Positions 1 through 13,907 of a stretch of DNA of 64,000 nt are shown here, piece after piece. Source of the stretch: Octopus sinensis (Eukaryota); assembly GCF_006345805.1 (NCBI RefSeq), contig NC_042998.1:30256001-30320000 (forward strand), read 5' to 3'. A program made the translations under genes and the position numbers. The notes under the pieces were generated by a model. The model ran no database searches. It was given only the letters and a program-made list of their open reading frames with translations, and was not told where the DNA came from. Numbering within the stretch: the stretch's first letter is position 1; every line of letters starts with the position of its first letter.

Positions 1-250
1 TTACGGGGTCTTAAACATACCAGCGTCTGTTGTCAAGTGATGGCAGTGGGAACAATCACAGGCTCACACACATAACTACATAGAAAGACAGTCGTCTGTT
101 AGATTCTCTCTGCCAAATCCACTCATAAGGCTTTGGTCGGCCCAAGGCTATAGTTGAAGACACTTGCCGAAGGGGCAGCGCAGTGCTACTGGACCTGGAA
201 CCATGCTGTTGGGAAGCGAGCTCCTTAGCACACGGCGACGCCTGCGCCTA
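1..250 (-). mobile_element. tRNA-headed CORE-like SINE (family C), partial
   Basis: Reverse complement shows a degenerate tRNA-like head and a CCCCTTCGGCAAGTGTCTTC core-like block; same family as 18668-19054 and 36606-36995. Confidence 0.7.
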
Positions 251-408
251 TATATCTATATATATTCATGATGAGTCCCTAAAAGGGACGTAAGCGATAA
301 ATAAATCCTTTTTTCCCAATCATGTCCACCTTTATATTTTTCCTAACCCATATGCTGTGTGTGTGTGTAGTGTGTGTGCGCGCACATGTATCTTTTAAAC
401 TGCATCTT

Positions 409-439
<31 letters not shown>

Positions 440-1413
440 TATATATATATGCGTGTGTGTATGTTATATGTATATATGTATATATATATATATAATACAT
501 ATTGTGTGTGTGTGTGTGTATACACAAACCTAAACACACACATATGCATGTTTATATGTATATCGAACTCTACACACCCTTGTGTCTGGTTATATAAAAT
601 CACATATAAATTTAATTACATGCTCTCTTAAAAAGCAATTACACCCTCATTATATACGCTCGTGAACAATAAGTACCATTCTTCTACGTATAAAGGCAGT
701 CATACACATCTATGCATGCATGCGTGCATACACACATACATACATACATACATACATACATAATACACATACACATTTATATGCAAAGCTCAAGCCTCAC
801 CTACACATATTCACAAATCCCGGCAACTCTTTTGAAATTCAACAGAAGGTCCTGTCGTTTAGTGACACGCTAAAGACTGGCTTAAAATTTTGTAAAGTGG
901 CATTTAAAGAAATCTCATGGAAAATTATACATACTTAATTATTGTACTGATATACGAATAGTTCTGTACTTGTTCCTAGCCAACGTGGTTCTTTGTTTAC
1001 TCGAAGTGCAGACGAACTTTTAGAATCTTAAGTTCCATCCATTTGCTGCCGCTAGTTTCCTGGTGTTGCATGTTCCCATGCCATTAAAAATATGCGATGA
1101 CTTTATGGGTCTGCAAGAGAGTCTCTGTATAGTCGTTCGAAATAGTTGTTATTTTTTTTTTCCTTTTATCCAAATCACAGCCTACCATAATAAACGATAG
1201 AAAGAAGAAAAAAAAAGGAGAAAAACATCGGCTGATGTAGCTCTATGTAGTCATAACAAGACCGGATAGTCACGCGTGGAACGCATTAGATCGGTGGACT
1301 GCGTGAAGAATATTTCAACTGGGACTAAATGACAACAACGGGAGGTAAAGGAAAAACTTCGTGTGAATAGCTGCTTACAGTCACAAACACTATCAACCAG
1401 GCATATACAGAGT

Positions 1414-1522
1414 TTGTGTGTTTGTGTCTGTGTGTTTGTGTCTGTGTGTTTGTGTCTGTGTGTTTGTGTCTGTGTGTTTGTGTCTGTGTGTTTGTGTCTG
1501 TGTGTTTGTGTCTGTGTGTTTG
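1414..1522. repeat. 14-bp tandem repeat (TGTGTTTGTGTCTG)n
   Basis: About 7-8 directly visible copies; source of three spurious ORFs. Confidence 0.9.
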
Positions 1523-1977
1523 AGTGTGTGTAGGCGAGTGATTATAACAGGGAGTGTGTATGTGTGTATGTGTGCTGATTCTATGAATAAAGGTGTGTGG
1601 GCGACTGTGTGTATGTGTGTAGGTGTGAGTGGGTGGCTGTATGTGCTGTATTGTGTAGTATATACGTAGGCCATATTGATTACCTACATAAATATTGATT
1701 TCTTTCATTCAAGAAATTTCAAGCCATACATACAGACTGAATTGCGTTACACACACAGACACACAGACATTCCCACACGCCCAAGCCTCGTACAAGTTAT
1801 AAGAACAAAATAGAGGCAAAAGCATTTCATGTATACAAGGATAGAAATTTTAATAATTAGACACGTAAAAACAACCAAACACACGTTCATAGTCACACAC
1901 TACACACACATATTATGTATGTCCGTCTGTCCCTATGTTTGTGCGTGTGTGTGACTATTCATATGTACATACATTAC

Positions 1978-2014
<37 letters not shown>

Positions 2015-2232
2015 CTTTATTTAAAGCAGCAGAAAATTCAACAAAACCTGTACTCTGAGTTTCACGTTCCCGTTTTTCCCGGACAGTTTTTGCTAGTTCT
2101 AGCGTGAACGTGAAACTCAGAGTAACAGGTTTTGTTGAATTTTCAGCTGCTTTAAAGAAAGCATATTACTCTACCACTGGTATTTGAGTACTCTTTTTTC
2201 CACTTTGTTTCACATTTATGTCTTTACTCCGG

Positions 2233-2264
<32 letters not shown>

Positions 2265-2551
2265 TTATGTGTGTGTGTGTGTACAAAACATATATATATG
2301 TATCGAAACGCGGGTTAAATAAAACAAGGGACAACTGATGAAGGGAATGTTCTTTAAGTTGCTTATCTCGTTTCTCTCTGTGTTTCTTTCGTTGTTCGAA
2401 AAAAGTTCGTTTTCTATGTTTTCGTTTCTCTTTTTATTCACGTTTTTTTGGTCCTGTACCCATATATGCATGTATATATACATATATTGAAGATGTGCAT
2501 ATATGTTTGTATATATGCATATATTATATATTACAATATATATGATATATT

Positions 2552-2601
<50 letters not shown>

Positions 2602-2682
2602 AAAGGCACGTGTATGTGTGATTGTTATATCTTTATATACATATACCATCATCGTTATCATTATCTTTAATTTTATTATTAT

Positions 2683-2777
2683 TATTAGACGGGTAGTCAT
2701 GATGGGTATACTGGGCTTCGTAGATTTGTACCCCTGTGTCTCTTTGATGGCATGCACTGCTATCTCACTCAAAAATA
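2683..2777 (-). mobile_element. Fragment of unclassified (ATT)n-flanked repeat (family D)
   Basis: Reverse complement of the 5' part of 7014-7431 (GAGTGAGATAGCAGTGCATGCCATCAAAG...CCCGTCT). Confidence 0.75.
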
Positions 2778-3301
2778 GTTTCAAATTTTAGCGTGAGGCT
2801 AATTATTCTGCCTTGTTGATAATAATGATGATGACTATTTTCATCATCATCATCATTATTATCAACAAGGCAGAATCCTTAACACGCCCTCAAAATGCTT
2901 TGTAGCATTTTTTTTTTCTTTTTTTTTTTTACGTTTGGAGTTCGAATTCCACCCTGGATGATTTTATACTTTCATGAGCATTAGGAACTACAGTTCAAGA
3001 ATTATCAGTGTTATCATCCGGCATGCTGCAGCGTACTTTGTATCACTGTGGGGGTCGATAAATAAAGTTCTAAGATTGGTATTTTCAATTATCCCACCCG
3101 AACCCCTGAACATTTTCTGTCTTGTTCTTTACTCACACATTATTATTATCATTATTATTATTATTATTATGAACATTATTATTAACATTATTATTATTAT
3201 TATTGTTTTCGTTTGGCTTCTGGTAGGATTTATGTGGGTAACTAGTTATTACCTGTAACCTTAGATATCCTTAGATATTATTGTTGTTGTTGTTATTTGC
3301 T

Positions 3302-3514
3302 AAGGAGGCGAGCTGGCAGAATCGTTAGCACGCGGGACAAAATGCTTAGCGACAATTCGAATCTCACAACATTCTGGGTTCAAATTACACCGAGGTCAAA
3401 TTTGCCTTTCATCCTTTCGGGATCGATAAATTAAGTACCAGTGAAACACTGGGGTTGATGTAATCGACTTATCCCTTCCCCCAAAACTGCTGCCCTTGTG
3501 GAAAAATTTGAAAC

Positions 3515-3545
<31 letters not shown>
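3302..3545 (+). mobile_element. tRNA-derived SINE family A, short tail (T2) plus (ATT)n
   Basis: A-box-like TGGCAGAATCGTT, B-box-like GGGTTCAAATT, conserved core GCCTTTCATCCTTTCGGGATCGATAAATTAAGTACCAG, (ATT)n tail. Confidence 0.9.
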
Positions 3546-4012
3546 GGCAGTGAGCTAGCAGAATCGTTAGAGCGCCGGACGAAATGCTTAGCAGTATTTC
3601 GTCTGCCGCTACGTTCTGAGTTCAAATTCCGCCAAGGTCGACTTTGCCTTTCATCCTTTCGAGGTCGATTAAATAAGTACCAGTTACGCACTGGGGATCG
3701 ATATAATCGTCTTAATCCGTTTAATCTGTTCTTATTCGTCCTCTCTGTGTTTAGCCCCCTTGTGGGTAGTAAAGAAATAGGTATTTCGTCCGTCTTTACG
3801 TTCTGAGTTCAAATTCAAATTCCGCCGAGGTCGACTTTGCCTTTCATCTTTTCGGGGTTGATAAATTAAGTACCAGCCAAGTACTGGGATTGATATCGTC
3901 AATTGCACCCCCCCCCCCCCGCCAACCTATTCCCCACAAAAATCCATGCCCTGTGCCTATAGTAGAAAGCATTATTATTATTATCATTATTATTATTATT
4001 ATTATTATTATT
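3546..4012 (+). mobile_element. SINE family A dimer: long-tail (T1) unit followed by headless unit with T2 tail
   Basis: First unit ends AAAGAAATAG then GTATTTCGTC restarts the body at 3781; second unit ends in T2-like tail and (ATT)n. Confidence 0.85.
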
Positions 4013-4297
4013 GTGGACACGCGTTTACTTTTCATATTTCACTATCTTTTAGATAGGGTATAATTATCTGCCTGTCAGTCAAGTAACAGGCACGCACGCT
4101 AACATAGAGGCCTGTACGCCGAGATATTTTGGTAGAATTCCAACGTTGCAGTCAGAGAGATATGTTTATATGTATATATATATATAATACATTTTGTATT
4201 TTTTATCTCTATACATTGGCATACATATACAAACACAAACGCACAGACACACTGACACATACATATACACACAGAGTACATGGGAAGGAGAGAGGTG

Positions 4298-4340
<43 letters not shown>

Positions 4341-5149
4341 CAGAATGAGAAAGAGAAAGAGAAAGGTGGAAAGGAAGATGGAAGTACACAGATATGAAAG
4401 TAAAACTATATCGCTTCGTATGCCGGATAAAAGTTGGAAAGATTTGTCAAGCGAAGAATCGTTTTCTCTTTCGAAGTTAAGTAAAAATAACGCTTACACA
4501 CATACCAACAACAAAACACACCACACACACACACATATACATACATACATACATACACAAACAACTGTCTTCAATATACCATGCCGCGCGCACGTATATA
4601 TATATTTTTTTTTTTTTTTTTTCTTAATTTGTCGTTCTGTGTAATGTATAGCTAAGCATATAATATGTAATACATGTGAGTACAAGAACAAAAAGATGAA
4701 TACAAAAAAAAACCCAAAATACACTATAAATGTATACATACACGACTATATATATCTATCTGTATATCAATGTGCGTGCGTGTGTGTGTGTGTGTGTATG
4801 TATGTGTGAGTGTGAGTATACACACGTGCACACACATATATAAACATATATATAGAAATATACAAATATATACACATTAACATATTTTTTTGGTGTGTCT
4901 ATCATACACACGCACACACACACACAAACACACATATATATATACATATAAGTACACACACACACACAAACGCATATGTATGTTTTAATCCCCTGAAATT
5001 TATTGAAAATAAAATGACACAATTCTAATTGCCTCGTGCCGGTTGATGAGTTTAAGATACTTCGATAAGGACATGTGTGCTCCTACTATATAGCTAATAC
5101 CATGCTGGAGCAACGGTTTGAATGTTTGTGGTCGTGTGCTATCAATGTA

Positions 5150-5157
5150 TGGCGAGA

Positions 5158-5205
<48 letters not shown>

Positions 5206-5611
5206 AGAGAGAGAGAGAGTATATATATTATATATATATATATATACATACATACATACATACATACACGTACACATATATACATACACACATATATATA
5301 CACATACATACATATATATATACGTACATACATACATACACATATATATATATATATATGCAGACACGTACATGTAAGATAGAGAGAGGGGGATATATAT
5401 ACATATATATATATATATACATATATATACATGCATATATATATATACAAAAACATATATATATATATATATAGACACGTACATATAAGATAGAGAGAGG
5501 GGTATGGATATATATATATATATATACACACATGCATATATATACATGCATATATATATATATATAAATATATATATGTATGTATGTATATCTATACAGA
5601 CTCGTACGTAT

Positions 5612-5678
<67 letters not shown>

Positions 5679-5680
5679 TG
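5150..5680. repeat. Compound (TA)n/(TACA)n/(GATA)n microsatellite block with internal ~115-bp duplication
   Basis: AGACACGTACAT..TAAGATAGAGAGAGGGG occurs twice (about 5361 and 5473); (GATA)n at 5611-5678. Confidence 0.9.
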
Positions 5681-6691
5681 CGAAAGATATAGAGAAAAAA
5701 AATGAAGTGTGTGGAGAGTTAGAGAGAAGAAAAAGTGAAGAACGACAGACAGAAATAGAGAGAAAGTGTGAAGGTGTGGACGAGACTAGAAAGAGTTATT
5801 AAAAAGTAATTTACAGGATACTCACACAAGCATTTTTTGTTATCTGTACCTTTTCTCTTTTGTGTGTGCCTGTATATAAACACAATATACACCCGCCACA
5901 CGTGTATTGCCGAACTGGACCACACATGATCATAGTAAACTTCAAAACATTACGAGAATGCTTGCATATAACTGTTCTAACATATATATATATTTATATG
6001 TATAAATAAATATATATTTATATGTATATATAAATATATAACCAAATGTGTGTTTATATATGTATATATGTATATAAATAAATTTATATATTAATGTTCG
6101 TGTAGATGTCTATGCATGAGTATATATATTTGCATGTGTTAACTTATATATGAGAAAACAATACTGGAAGGCTCGTATACTTGCGTGCACGCACACAGAC
6201 ACAATATCGGACACTGTAGTAGTGTTCATATCATATTCACAAACGAAAGAAGTAGTAGCTATTTTCTACGACTTACTTGGCACTTTGGACTTCGCTGTTT
6301 CAGCGAGACGATACTTGTTTCGGCGAGTTTAACATTTTAACTGAGGGAGGAATATCTCATCTCGTTCGTTAGTCTTCTTCGATTAGTGACCAGCTTTTTG
6401 TTCCGTGACGTGTAGAGAGGTAGTCATAGCAACAGAGCATATCATATGTCCGCCTTTTTATCTAAGAATCTTTATCTTTCAAACTTTATTATGATTAGTA
6501 TTATACTATTACGTTATCATTGTTGTCGTTATTCTACGTCCCGAGTTCAAATCCCGCCTCGGTTACGTATTGCTTTTCATCTAACCGGTATCCATAATAG
6601 ACGTCAGGTGTGGATGTCGGTACTAATCAACATGTTCCCTCCCACTAATTGAAGATTTTGTGCCGGTGTAAGAAACAACAACAACAACAAC

Positions 6692-6745
<54 letters not shown>

Positions 6746-6824
6746 TGTTGCTGTTGTTGGTATTATTATTATCATTATCATCATCCTCAACATCACTATC
6801 ATCATTATTTAGAATTTTTTTTTA

Positions 6825-7010
6825 GACGGCGAAGTGGAAGACTGTTCGCATGGTAGTTCGTCTGCCGTTACGTTCTGAGTTCAAATTCCGCCGGGTCCGA
6901 CTTTGCATTTCATCCTTTCGGAATCTATAAAATAAGTACTACTGGAAAAATGGAATTGACTCACTCCCCTCCCTAGAACTTGCTGGCCTCGCGCTAAAAT
7001 TTTAAACTAT
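6825..7010 (+). mobile_element. SINE family A, degenerate T2 copy
   Basis: GTTACGTTCTGAGTTCAAATTCCGCC and TTTCATCCTTTCGG core present. Confidence 0.8.
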
Positions 7011-7013
7011 TAT

Positions 7014-7431
7014 TGAGTGAGATAGCAGTGCATGCCATCAAAGAGACACAGGGGGTAAAAATATACGAAGCCCAGTATACCCATCATGACTACCCGTCTG
7101 ATAAGGGTATACCAGGCACATGAATCACAACCACATGTGCGTCACATGGTGATCTTTTATCAAGATAAACAGTGCAGGACCTTGCCGGTGGGGGCCGAGT
7201 TAGAATTTTTTCTTCAGGTTAAGTAGCCCATCTCGCTCAAAAGGTCCCTGAATAAGAGTTGTTTAACGATGTTGAACGAAACACCCACGCTGGCTATGAT
7301 GCTCCCCCGCAAATTCTGCTCGTGATTAGAGATGCACATATCGTCAGCCACTAAGGGACATGCTCAACTGGTTATGGTCAAACAAGTGACAAGCAAATCT
7401 TTGGTATTGAGCAGAATATTTGCTGTAGCCC
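7014..7431 (+). mobile_element. Unclassified (ATT)n-flanked repeat (family D)
   Basis: High similarity to 32902-33287 (-) and 50935-51362 (+); ATT repeats on both sides. Confidence 0.8.
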
Positions 7432-7472
7432 ATTATTATTATTATTATTATTATAATTATTACAAGAATTTC

Positions 7473-8776
7473 TACTTGAAAACACTAGCGCTCGTTTTCG
7501 ATGATTGAGATATTCTCAAAACGTGTTCTGTCGGGTGCGGACGTCGGGGTAGCAGTGCCGTTCCGAAAATTCTGAGATTTCGAAGTAAAGACAATCTTCT
7601 TGGACCCGTGTGACAGATTGGTGGTTCTAGATGTGAATGGTAGCGAAGGAGGCGCCCTTAGACGGGTTGCCGTCTGTGTCCATGCAGGGGCTGCAGCGCT
7701 AGAATCATTCAGGCGTCTAGAACCATTCCCGACAAAGTCTCGAAGTTTAGTACTAGTAGAAGACTCCAAGGGAATTTGGGACGCACGGAAGGACTGTGGA
7801 GTTAGTTCATAGAAGAAGTGGGTGCTAAAGCCTCGAGAACCTACTCCGAATCTTCCAATTGTCTGATAGGTATCGACTAGATCTCCCTGATGGAGTGCAG
7901 CCACAGCGGGTCATCTAGATCGTATCCAGATACAGTGTTTGTTAGGTCAGTGGATAGGGATAGCATAGGTTGTCCACAATTTAAATTGGTCGGCTACACA
8001 AACCACAAGTTTATGATCTGCACAGTCGAGTTTCAAAGGACCCGTAGACAGGGACCCGTTAACAGGAAGTTTAACGCGTCCTTTCCGGCACACAAAGAAT
8101 ACAGGAATCCAATTTGTGAACTAGTTAAGCGCCAGTTGACGGGAGAAATCGACAACAACCGGTGGTGGGCCGCCTTGAAGAGGTCGATTAGGAGAGAATC
8201 GATAGAGTTTAGCAAAGTGTTAGCTATAGGAAGGAATAGATTTTATAGTAAACTAGTTAGCAAATTAGAACAGGCGATTAGAAAGAGCAACGCGACTGGT
8301 GTGTTAGAGGCTGGAATGGCCATTGACCATTTCATCGAAGCGAAACACGAATGCAGTGTTATCGGAGCTAAGGTTCGTGCGCTGAAACATAAAGGAACTA
8401 AAGCGGTCCAATGTAGTCGAACGGTGGAAACACGACGTGGAAACAAAGCCATGATCAGGCTTTTGAGTGATCGAGACGGGCGCCTGCTACTCGGTTCTGA
8501 GTATATATTCGCGGCTTTTCAGTAGCACTTCGCTTGATGATGATTGTGCCCACGCTGCTCACCCGTGGGACACTCGCCGGGCGAGAGACCTTCACAAGAT
8601 GTTCCAGCTTCATTCATGCCACTCTCATTTCTATTTTTATTTGACATTTCAGCATTCATGATGAGGGTTAGTGAAGTTTAGGTTGCTCAAACTAAACTTC
8701 TGATCTTTCTGATCTTTTCCATCGTCGACGAGTGTTTGATTCCATCGACGGGTATTGTAACCATCGATGGGTATTG
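7473..8776 (+). mobile_element. L1/Tx1-type LINE relic: APE endonuclease and linker fused to a probable 3' UTR
   Basis: Translations KTIFLDPCDRLVVLDVNGSEGGALRRVAV and NNRWWAALKRSIRRESIEFSK; homologous to 46683-47000 and about 34000-34600; frameshifts and stops. Confidence 0.8.
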
Positions 8777-8777
8777 T

Positions 8778-9015
8778 AAGGCGGCGAGCTGGCAGAAACG
8801 TTAGCATGCCGGGCGAAATGCTTAGCAGTATTTCGTCTGCCGTTACGTTGTGAGTTCAAATTCTGCCGAGGTCGACTTTACCTTTCATCCTTTCGGGGTC
8901 GATAAATTAAGCACCAGTTACGCACTGGGGTCGATGTAATCGACTTAATACCTATGTCTGTCCTTGTTTGTTCCCTCTGTGTTTAGCCCCTTGTGGGTAA
9001 TGAAGAAATGGATAT
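8778..9015 (+). mobile_element. SINE family A, T1 copy
   Basis: Full head GGCGGCGAGCTGGCAGAAACGTTAG, core and tail to AAGAAATG. Confidence 0.92.
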
Positions 9016-9019
9016 TGTA

Positions 9020-11010
9020 ACCCTCATCCGGTTCTTGCTCTCTAATAAGTGTCTATTTGTCAAGGTCGACATTGAATATTTCTACCAGTTTCGATCTGAT
9101 GAATCTAGATTTTGCGCACTTATCGAAGCCAAATTTCATCCAGGTGTCGTCACTAGACTGTTGATAAACTTTGTAGTTATTGGTCATTTTTTGCAAGAGC
9201 TTTAAATCATCCACATAAAAAATATGATTTACAGCTTATTAGAAATTTGATAATCCCATTGCGCTTCATTGTGCGATTTAAAAGGCGGTTACAGAATTAG
9301 ACAAAAGAGGAATGGTGGTAGAGAGTTATCCTGGAAAACAAAACACGATAACATACGAAATTTTAACATGGCCAGCATTCAAATATTCATTCTCAGTACT
9401 GAAAATCAATGCCTTTTTCCAGCATTTCAAACTTACAGATAAGGTTTGTAAAGCAAGTGCAATTTTATAAGTTCCTACACATTCCTTAATTCATCTATGT
9501 GGTAGATTAGCAAAAGCTCTTTATAGTGTGTCCAGACACTTGATAGGTTTTTGTGCTCTTAGTGAGAATCTCCTACCATCATGTTTTTTGCTCATTAGGG
9601 AAAATGTCATTTACTGTCTTGTATATTCGGTCAAGACAGATAGTAATTTCTTATACATCGTTGTTAAGCAGGTTATATGTCAATTATTTATAAGTTCATT
9701 TTTTTCTTCATTTTTCGGGAGTTCATATGTAACACCATTAATTAACCAAGAGGGCACCATATTACGTTGCTGCAAAGAATTGTTCTAGAATCTCGTCAGT
9801 AGTTCATCACTTTCTGAAAAAAAAAAAAAATTCACCCAAAGCTTAGAAACTTCATTATTTCCTGGAGACATTCATTTATTTGATTTTCTCTGAGCTCATC
9901 TTACATCCACTTCTTTGACACCATCCAATTTTTGCTTTTAAATGTGAGTTGAATCAGCAGACGATAATCTGCCCAGATTTTACTTCAAAATTACTGCACT
10001 TTTTTGTTGGAACATATTTTACTGCAAATAATGTTGCCCCTATTTTCCTGTAAACTTCTTTTGGATTATTTTTGAAAATGTTGGTGTCCTTGAAGAACCT
10101 AATGCACTTTTCATATCATGCCATGCGGGTAGCTTTAGCAAACACCCTTTGCTTCATAGATTCTATAATGGTATCGATGTGAAGTATGGATTTCTTATAA
10201 ATTCTTTTAATTATCCCTTTGCTTTGATATTCTTGTCAGACTTAAATATTCTATATAAACTTCAAGAAACTGAACGTATCGATGAATTTGTTCTTGCCAA
10301 ATAAACTTTTGTTGGAATGCTTTCACGTTTTCTTTCATTTTTTCACCACATAGATTCGTTGCGATCTTTTGCAGATGTATAATAACGGTGGATGAGTTCT
10401 ATAATATCAATATTATTCGCTGAAATTATATCTTTGAAGGCAATACGGATTTCACCAGTTACTTTCAGGTTTTCATTAGAGTTGCGAATTTTGGGGAGAT
10501 CGTCACATTCATCCATATTGGCATCCTTAACTTTCAGTCATTTTATCCCGATTTAATTCTTTAGAGAAATGAGTTCAATTTGGATAATTTCTATATGACT
10601 TCCAACATCTATTTGACTTTCATCTTGTTTGATATTTATGATTGGTTCAGAAAGGCGTTTCATTTTACTTACCAGTTACATTTAGTCTTTCTATCATTAT
10701 TGCATTTTCGTCAGGCATGGATTGGTCTGTTACTATTTCTTAATAAGCGTCTTCTTTGATTTCATCCTTGTTCTCTTTATCCCTTACTGTTTGTCTGATA
10801 GAATCAATCTCCAAGTCAGTCGGTAAATTCTTTTTTATAATTTTCCTTCGGGCGTTAGCTTCTTATTTCAGGATCTTATTTCAACATCTTATTTCAGGAT
10901 TCTTCGCGCTCTGTTTTAAGTAAGCTGGATCAGCACTGGATTTATTTGTAGGAAAATACATAACATGATAGAAGGCCTTCAGAACTTCTTTATTATCTTT
11001 CTAGGACCAT
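9020..11010 (-). mobile_element. R4/Dong-clade LINE relic (N-terminal region through RT)
   Basis: Minus-strand fragments KDNKEVLKAFYHVMYFP, ARRKIIKKNLPTDLEIDSIRQTV, (Q)DNSLPPFLFCL, HIFYVDDLKL, SDDTWMKFGFDKCAK; many stops and frameshifts. Confidence 0.8.
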
Positions 11011-11170
11011 TTTCCATTCCTGAGTTCAAATTAGATTTTGCCGTTCATTCTTTCAGGTGTGATACAATAACTAACAGTTGAGTACTGGGTCGATGTACCC
11101 CTCCCCTTAAGTTGCTGGCCTTGTGCCAACATTTTTATTATTGATGTTAGTAGTAGTAGTGGTGATGGTG

Positions 11171-11215
<45 letters not shown>

Positions 11216-11221
11216 ATGACG

Positions 11222-11490
11222 ACAGTGACATAATCTGCATATGTTGACATTCTAGTGAGCTTGTGATATCCCTCAAAATCTCCAGTTTCCGCCGTAGTGC
11301 CTCCAGAGTCAGTGAATAAAGAAGTGACTAGAGGAGACAGTTCTGATGGACCGAGTACTTGATTGGAAAGGCTCCCATTCAGTGCCACTTCACTTTCATC
11401 ACCAACCAGGAGTCACTGTATTTTGCAAACATCCAGACCCTACAAACAACTCCCAGGAGGACGACAAATGTTTGAGCATCATTAATGAGA
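11222..11490 (-). mobile_element. L1/Tx1-type RT fragment
   Basis: SVHQNCLL*SLLYSLTLEALRRKLEIL then frameshift to MSTYADYVTV (degenerate QGCPLSP and YADD motifs). Confidence 0.7.
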
Positions 11491-11510
11491 CTGCCGACAA
11501 CGAGCAACAT

Positions 11511-11740
11511 CCTATTTCCTTACTACCCACAAGGGGCTAAAGACAGAGGGGACGAACAAGGACAGACAAACGGATTAAGTCGATTATATCGACCCCAGTG
11601 CGTAACTGGTACTTATTTAATCGACCCCGAAAGGATGAAAAGCAAAGTCGACCTTGGCGGAATTTGAACTCAGAACGTAGCGGCAGACGAAATACTGTTA
11701 AGCATTTCGCCCGCCGTGCTAACGATTCTGCCAGCTCGAC
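11511..11740 (-). mobile_element. SINE family A, T1 copy
   Basis: Reverse complement of the 8778/18033 consensus. Confidence 0.92.
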
Positions 11741-12429
11741 AATGAGAAACGACCACTTCACTAAAACTTTGGTTCTTACTTTTTTACTTACATTTAGCAG
11801 AGATAAGGCTCAACGTTTATTGGGCTCCTATTTGACCATGTCTCTTCTCAGTATCACGACCGGATTAACAGTTCCTCTTCGACACCGATATAAAAGACCT
11901 GACTCGCTATTCTCCAATCAACATTGACACACTGATAATAGGATGATGACTTGGGAGTACACAGGAAACGAAGTTACTCGCACAATGTCTCCAGTTAAAC
12001 TCTTGGAAGCCATCAGTTATTTCCCGATATGTGCAGCTAGCAACTCGAATCATGAGAGGTGCTTCCAATCATCTTATTCGACTACGGGATAACAAGGATC
12101 TTGTAATCAGCTAAAAGAGAGCGACGAGTAGAAGTAGCGTTTCAGAAAATCTTCTTCACGAGGTACGGCCAAACTTTCTACGCTGATGACACTAAGTTGG
12201 TGGTGATGGATGTGAGCAGCAACGATGTAGAAGTTATCAGATAAATAGTTTATTCCCCGACTGCAGCAGGGTAACCAGACTCTACCATTCTTGTAGGAAT
12301 CATGTGGTAACGATTTAGTAATAGGAAGAGACAGGAATGCCATTTCAGAGGGATGATAACTTAGATAAACTTAGATATTTTTCGACCAAAGATTGGTCCA
12401 GGCTATGTCTAACTTAATAGCACCACCTG

Positions 12430-12865
12430 ATAGGATTATTCGAATCCTGTTTAAGTCAAGTTTTGTTTAAGTCAAGTTTTGTTCAAGTAGTGAGTTCTTG
12501 TTGGGTGAGTTGTATCAAGTTTTGTTCAAGTAGTGAGTTCTTGTTGAGTGAGTTGTATCCAATTATGGGTGGCTTATCTGGTATTCTTTGAAGGAATCTA
12601 TCCGGACTCCGTTTAAAGTTGATGGGATCCTTTTCCTCTTTGATCTCCCTCGGGACAATGTTAAATAGGGCAGGGCCTGTTGAGGAAAAGAAATTATGTT
12701 GCAGTGTACATATATGTTGTGATCTTGAATTCTATCTTGATAGAATGTTTTTCATGCATTAGGATAAGCGACAGGAGAGTATGATGAAAATCATTTAAAA
12801 AAAAAACCTATTTAGACAGCCCCAACAGTACGAGAAGTGCTTGCAGGATTCCAGAATGCACCTAT
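12430..12865 (-). mobile_element. CR1/L2-like LINE 3' end with local tandem duplication
   Basis: Minus strand TLQHNFFSSTGPALFNIVPREIKEEKDPINFKRSPDRFLQRIPDKPPIIGYNSLNKNSLLE; duplicated ~40-bp block at 12470-12560. Confidence 0.7.
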
Positions 12866-13709
12866 ATAGATATATAGCAAACGGATTAGTTCATCCCAAT
12901 TGTAATTATGTAATCTTTTATTGTTTTCTCAAATTGTAATTATGTAGGATATATGTTTTTAATGAGCTACATAGCAAACCTTTGTGCTATGGTGTATTTA
13001 GCAAACAAAATTTTATCTCTGTTTTTTCTGCCCTCAATCCTGATATTAAATTACTACATTCACTGGTTTCTTCCATTTCTATACAAATTGATTAATTCCA
13101 GGTTTTGCCAGCCGAACAGACTTTGCTTCGATAATGAAGTCTAACAGAACCGAAGTATGTTAATTTGTTTTTAGTTGGTTTTAAAAGCGAGATCCATCCT
13201 TTCTACATTGAAATATTAGATGAACGTTTGATCTAACATCCATAAATTTTCTTCAATGGCAGAAGCAACAATGAATTCATCAAGAATAATTGAACATTCT
13301 GCTAAAATTAACAATGATAATCACGAATTATTGGACATGTAGTGCTGGTGTCAATCAGTGACATTGGTTGAGTCAATCTTATGGAAAACAGAAAACTTAC
13401 TGCATGCAGAGGGATGTATTTTTCCTCTCATAGATCTACTCCCTTAAACTGAAATCGAGGCCGACAAAACTGCCAGACAAGATAAGAAAACATTGAAAAT
13501 TCCTCTTTACCCATGAGCTTCTATGTCGTTCTGTTTATACACAGAATTCATGAATATCTAATCTTTTATAGTGTTTTCTCAAAATGTCCAAAAATACTTG
13601 TCACCAATATTCATTCGAAAAGCTTGCATTAGAATTTATTCAACCATCGACAACATGCACCTCGTTTTCAAATGTGCTTTATGTGCAGCCAGGCATTCTG
13701 ATATGAAGG

Positions 13710-13907
13710 GAGGGTTTACGAACAAAACAAAAGACGAAGGCGAGTGGTGTACAAAACAAACAGATGTATTAGTATAACGCTCAGAATAGAAAAAGTCTTT
13801 AAACGTTTCGAGCCTACGCTCTTCTACAGAAAGGGACACAGAAAAAACAAAGAGAGAAACAAGGAGAGAAAAAATGTGTGTAGTGGCAAACAATCTATCA
13901 TGGCGAC
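13710..13907 (-). mobile_element. Solo Penelope-type terminal unit with HHR motif, flanked by 13-bp TSD
   Basis: TCTGATATGAAGG at 13697-13709 and 13908-13920; body matches both units at 20850-21195. Confidence 0.8.
13797..13833 (-). ncRNA. Minimal hammerhead ribozyme-like motif (variant core)
   Basis: Minus strand CTTT-CTGTAGA-A-GAGC-GTAG-GCTC-GAAAC-GTT-TAAAG; position 6 is T rather than A. Confidence 0.5.

Noticed and set aside
2305-2450. CTGATGAAGGG motif with upstream GAAACGCG (related copy at about 19430-19560, minus)
   Set aside because: Probably another PLE terminus, but I could not build stem II or III, so it is not called a ribozyme
343-5551. Numerous 60-170 aa ORFs rich in YI/HT/CV/ER
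   Set aside because: Translations of (TA)n, (CA)n and (GA)n microsatellites; no coding signal
7890-8525. 211-aa ORF as a host gene
   Set aside because: It is the endonuclease-to-RT linker of an L1/Tx1 relic, homologous to decayed copies elsewhere in the window
11830-12350. FYADDTKL motif on the plus strand suggesting an RT fragment
   Set aside because: Flanking frames give no further RT motifs; too degenerate to assign
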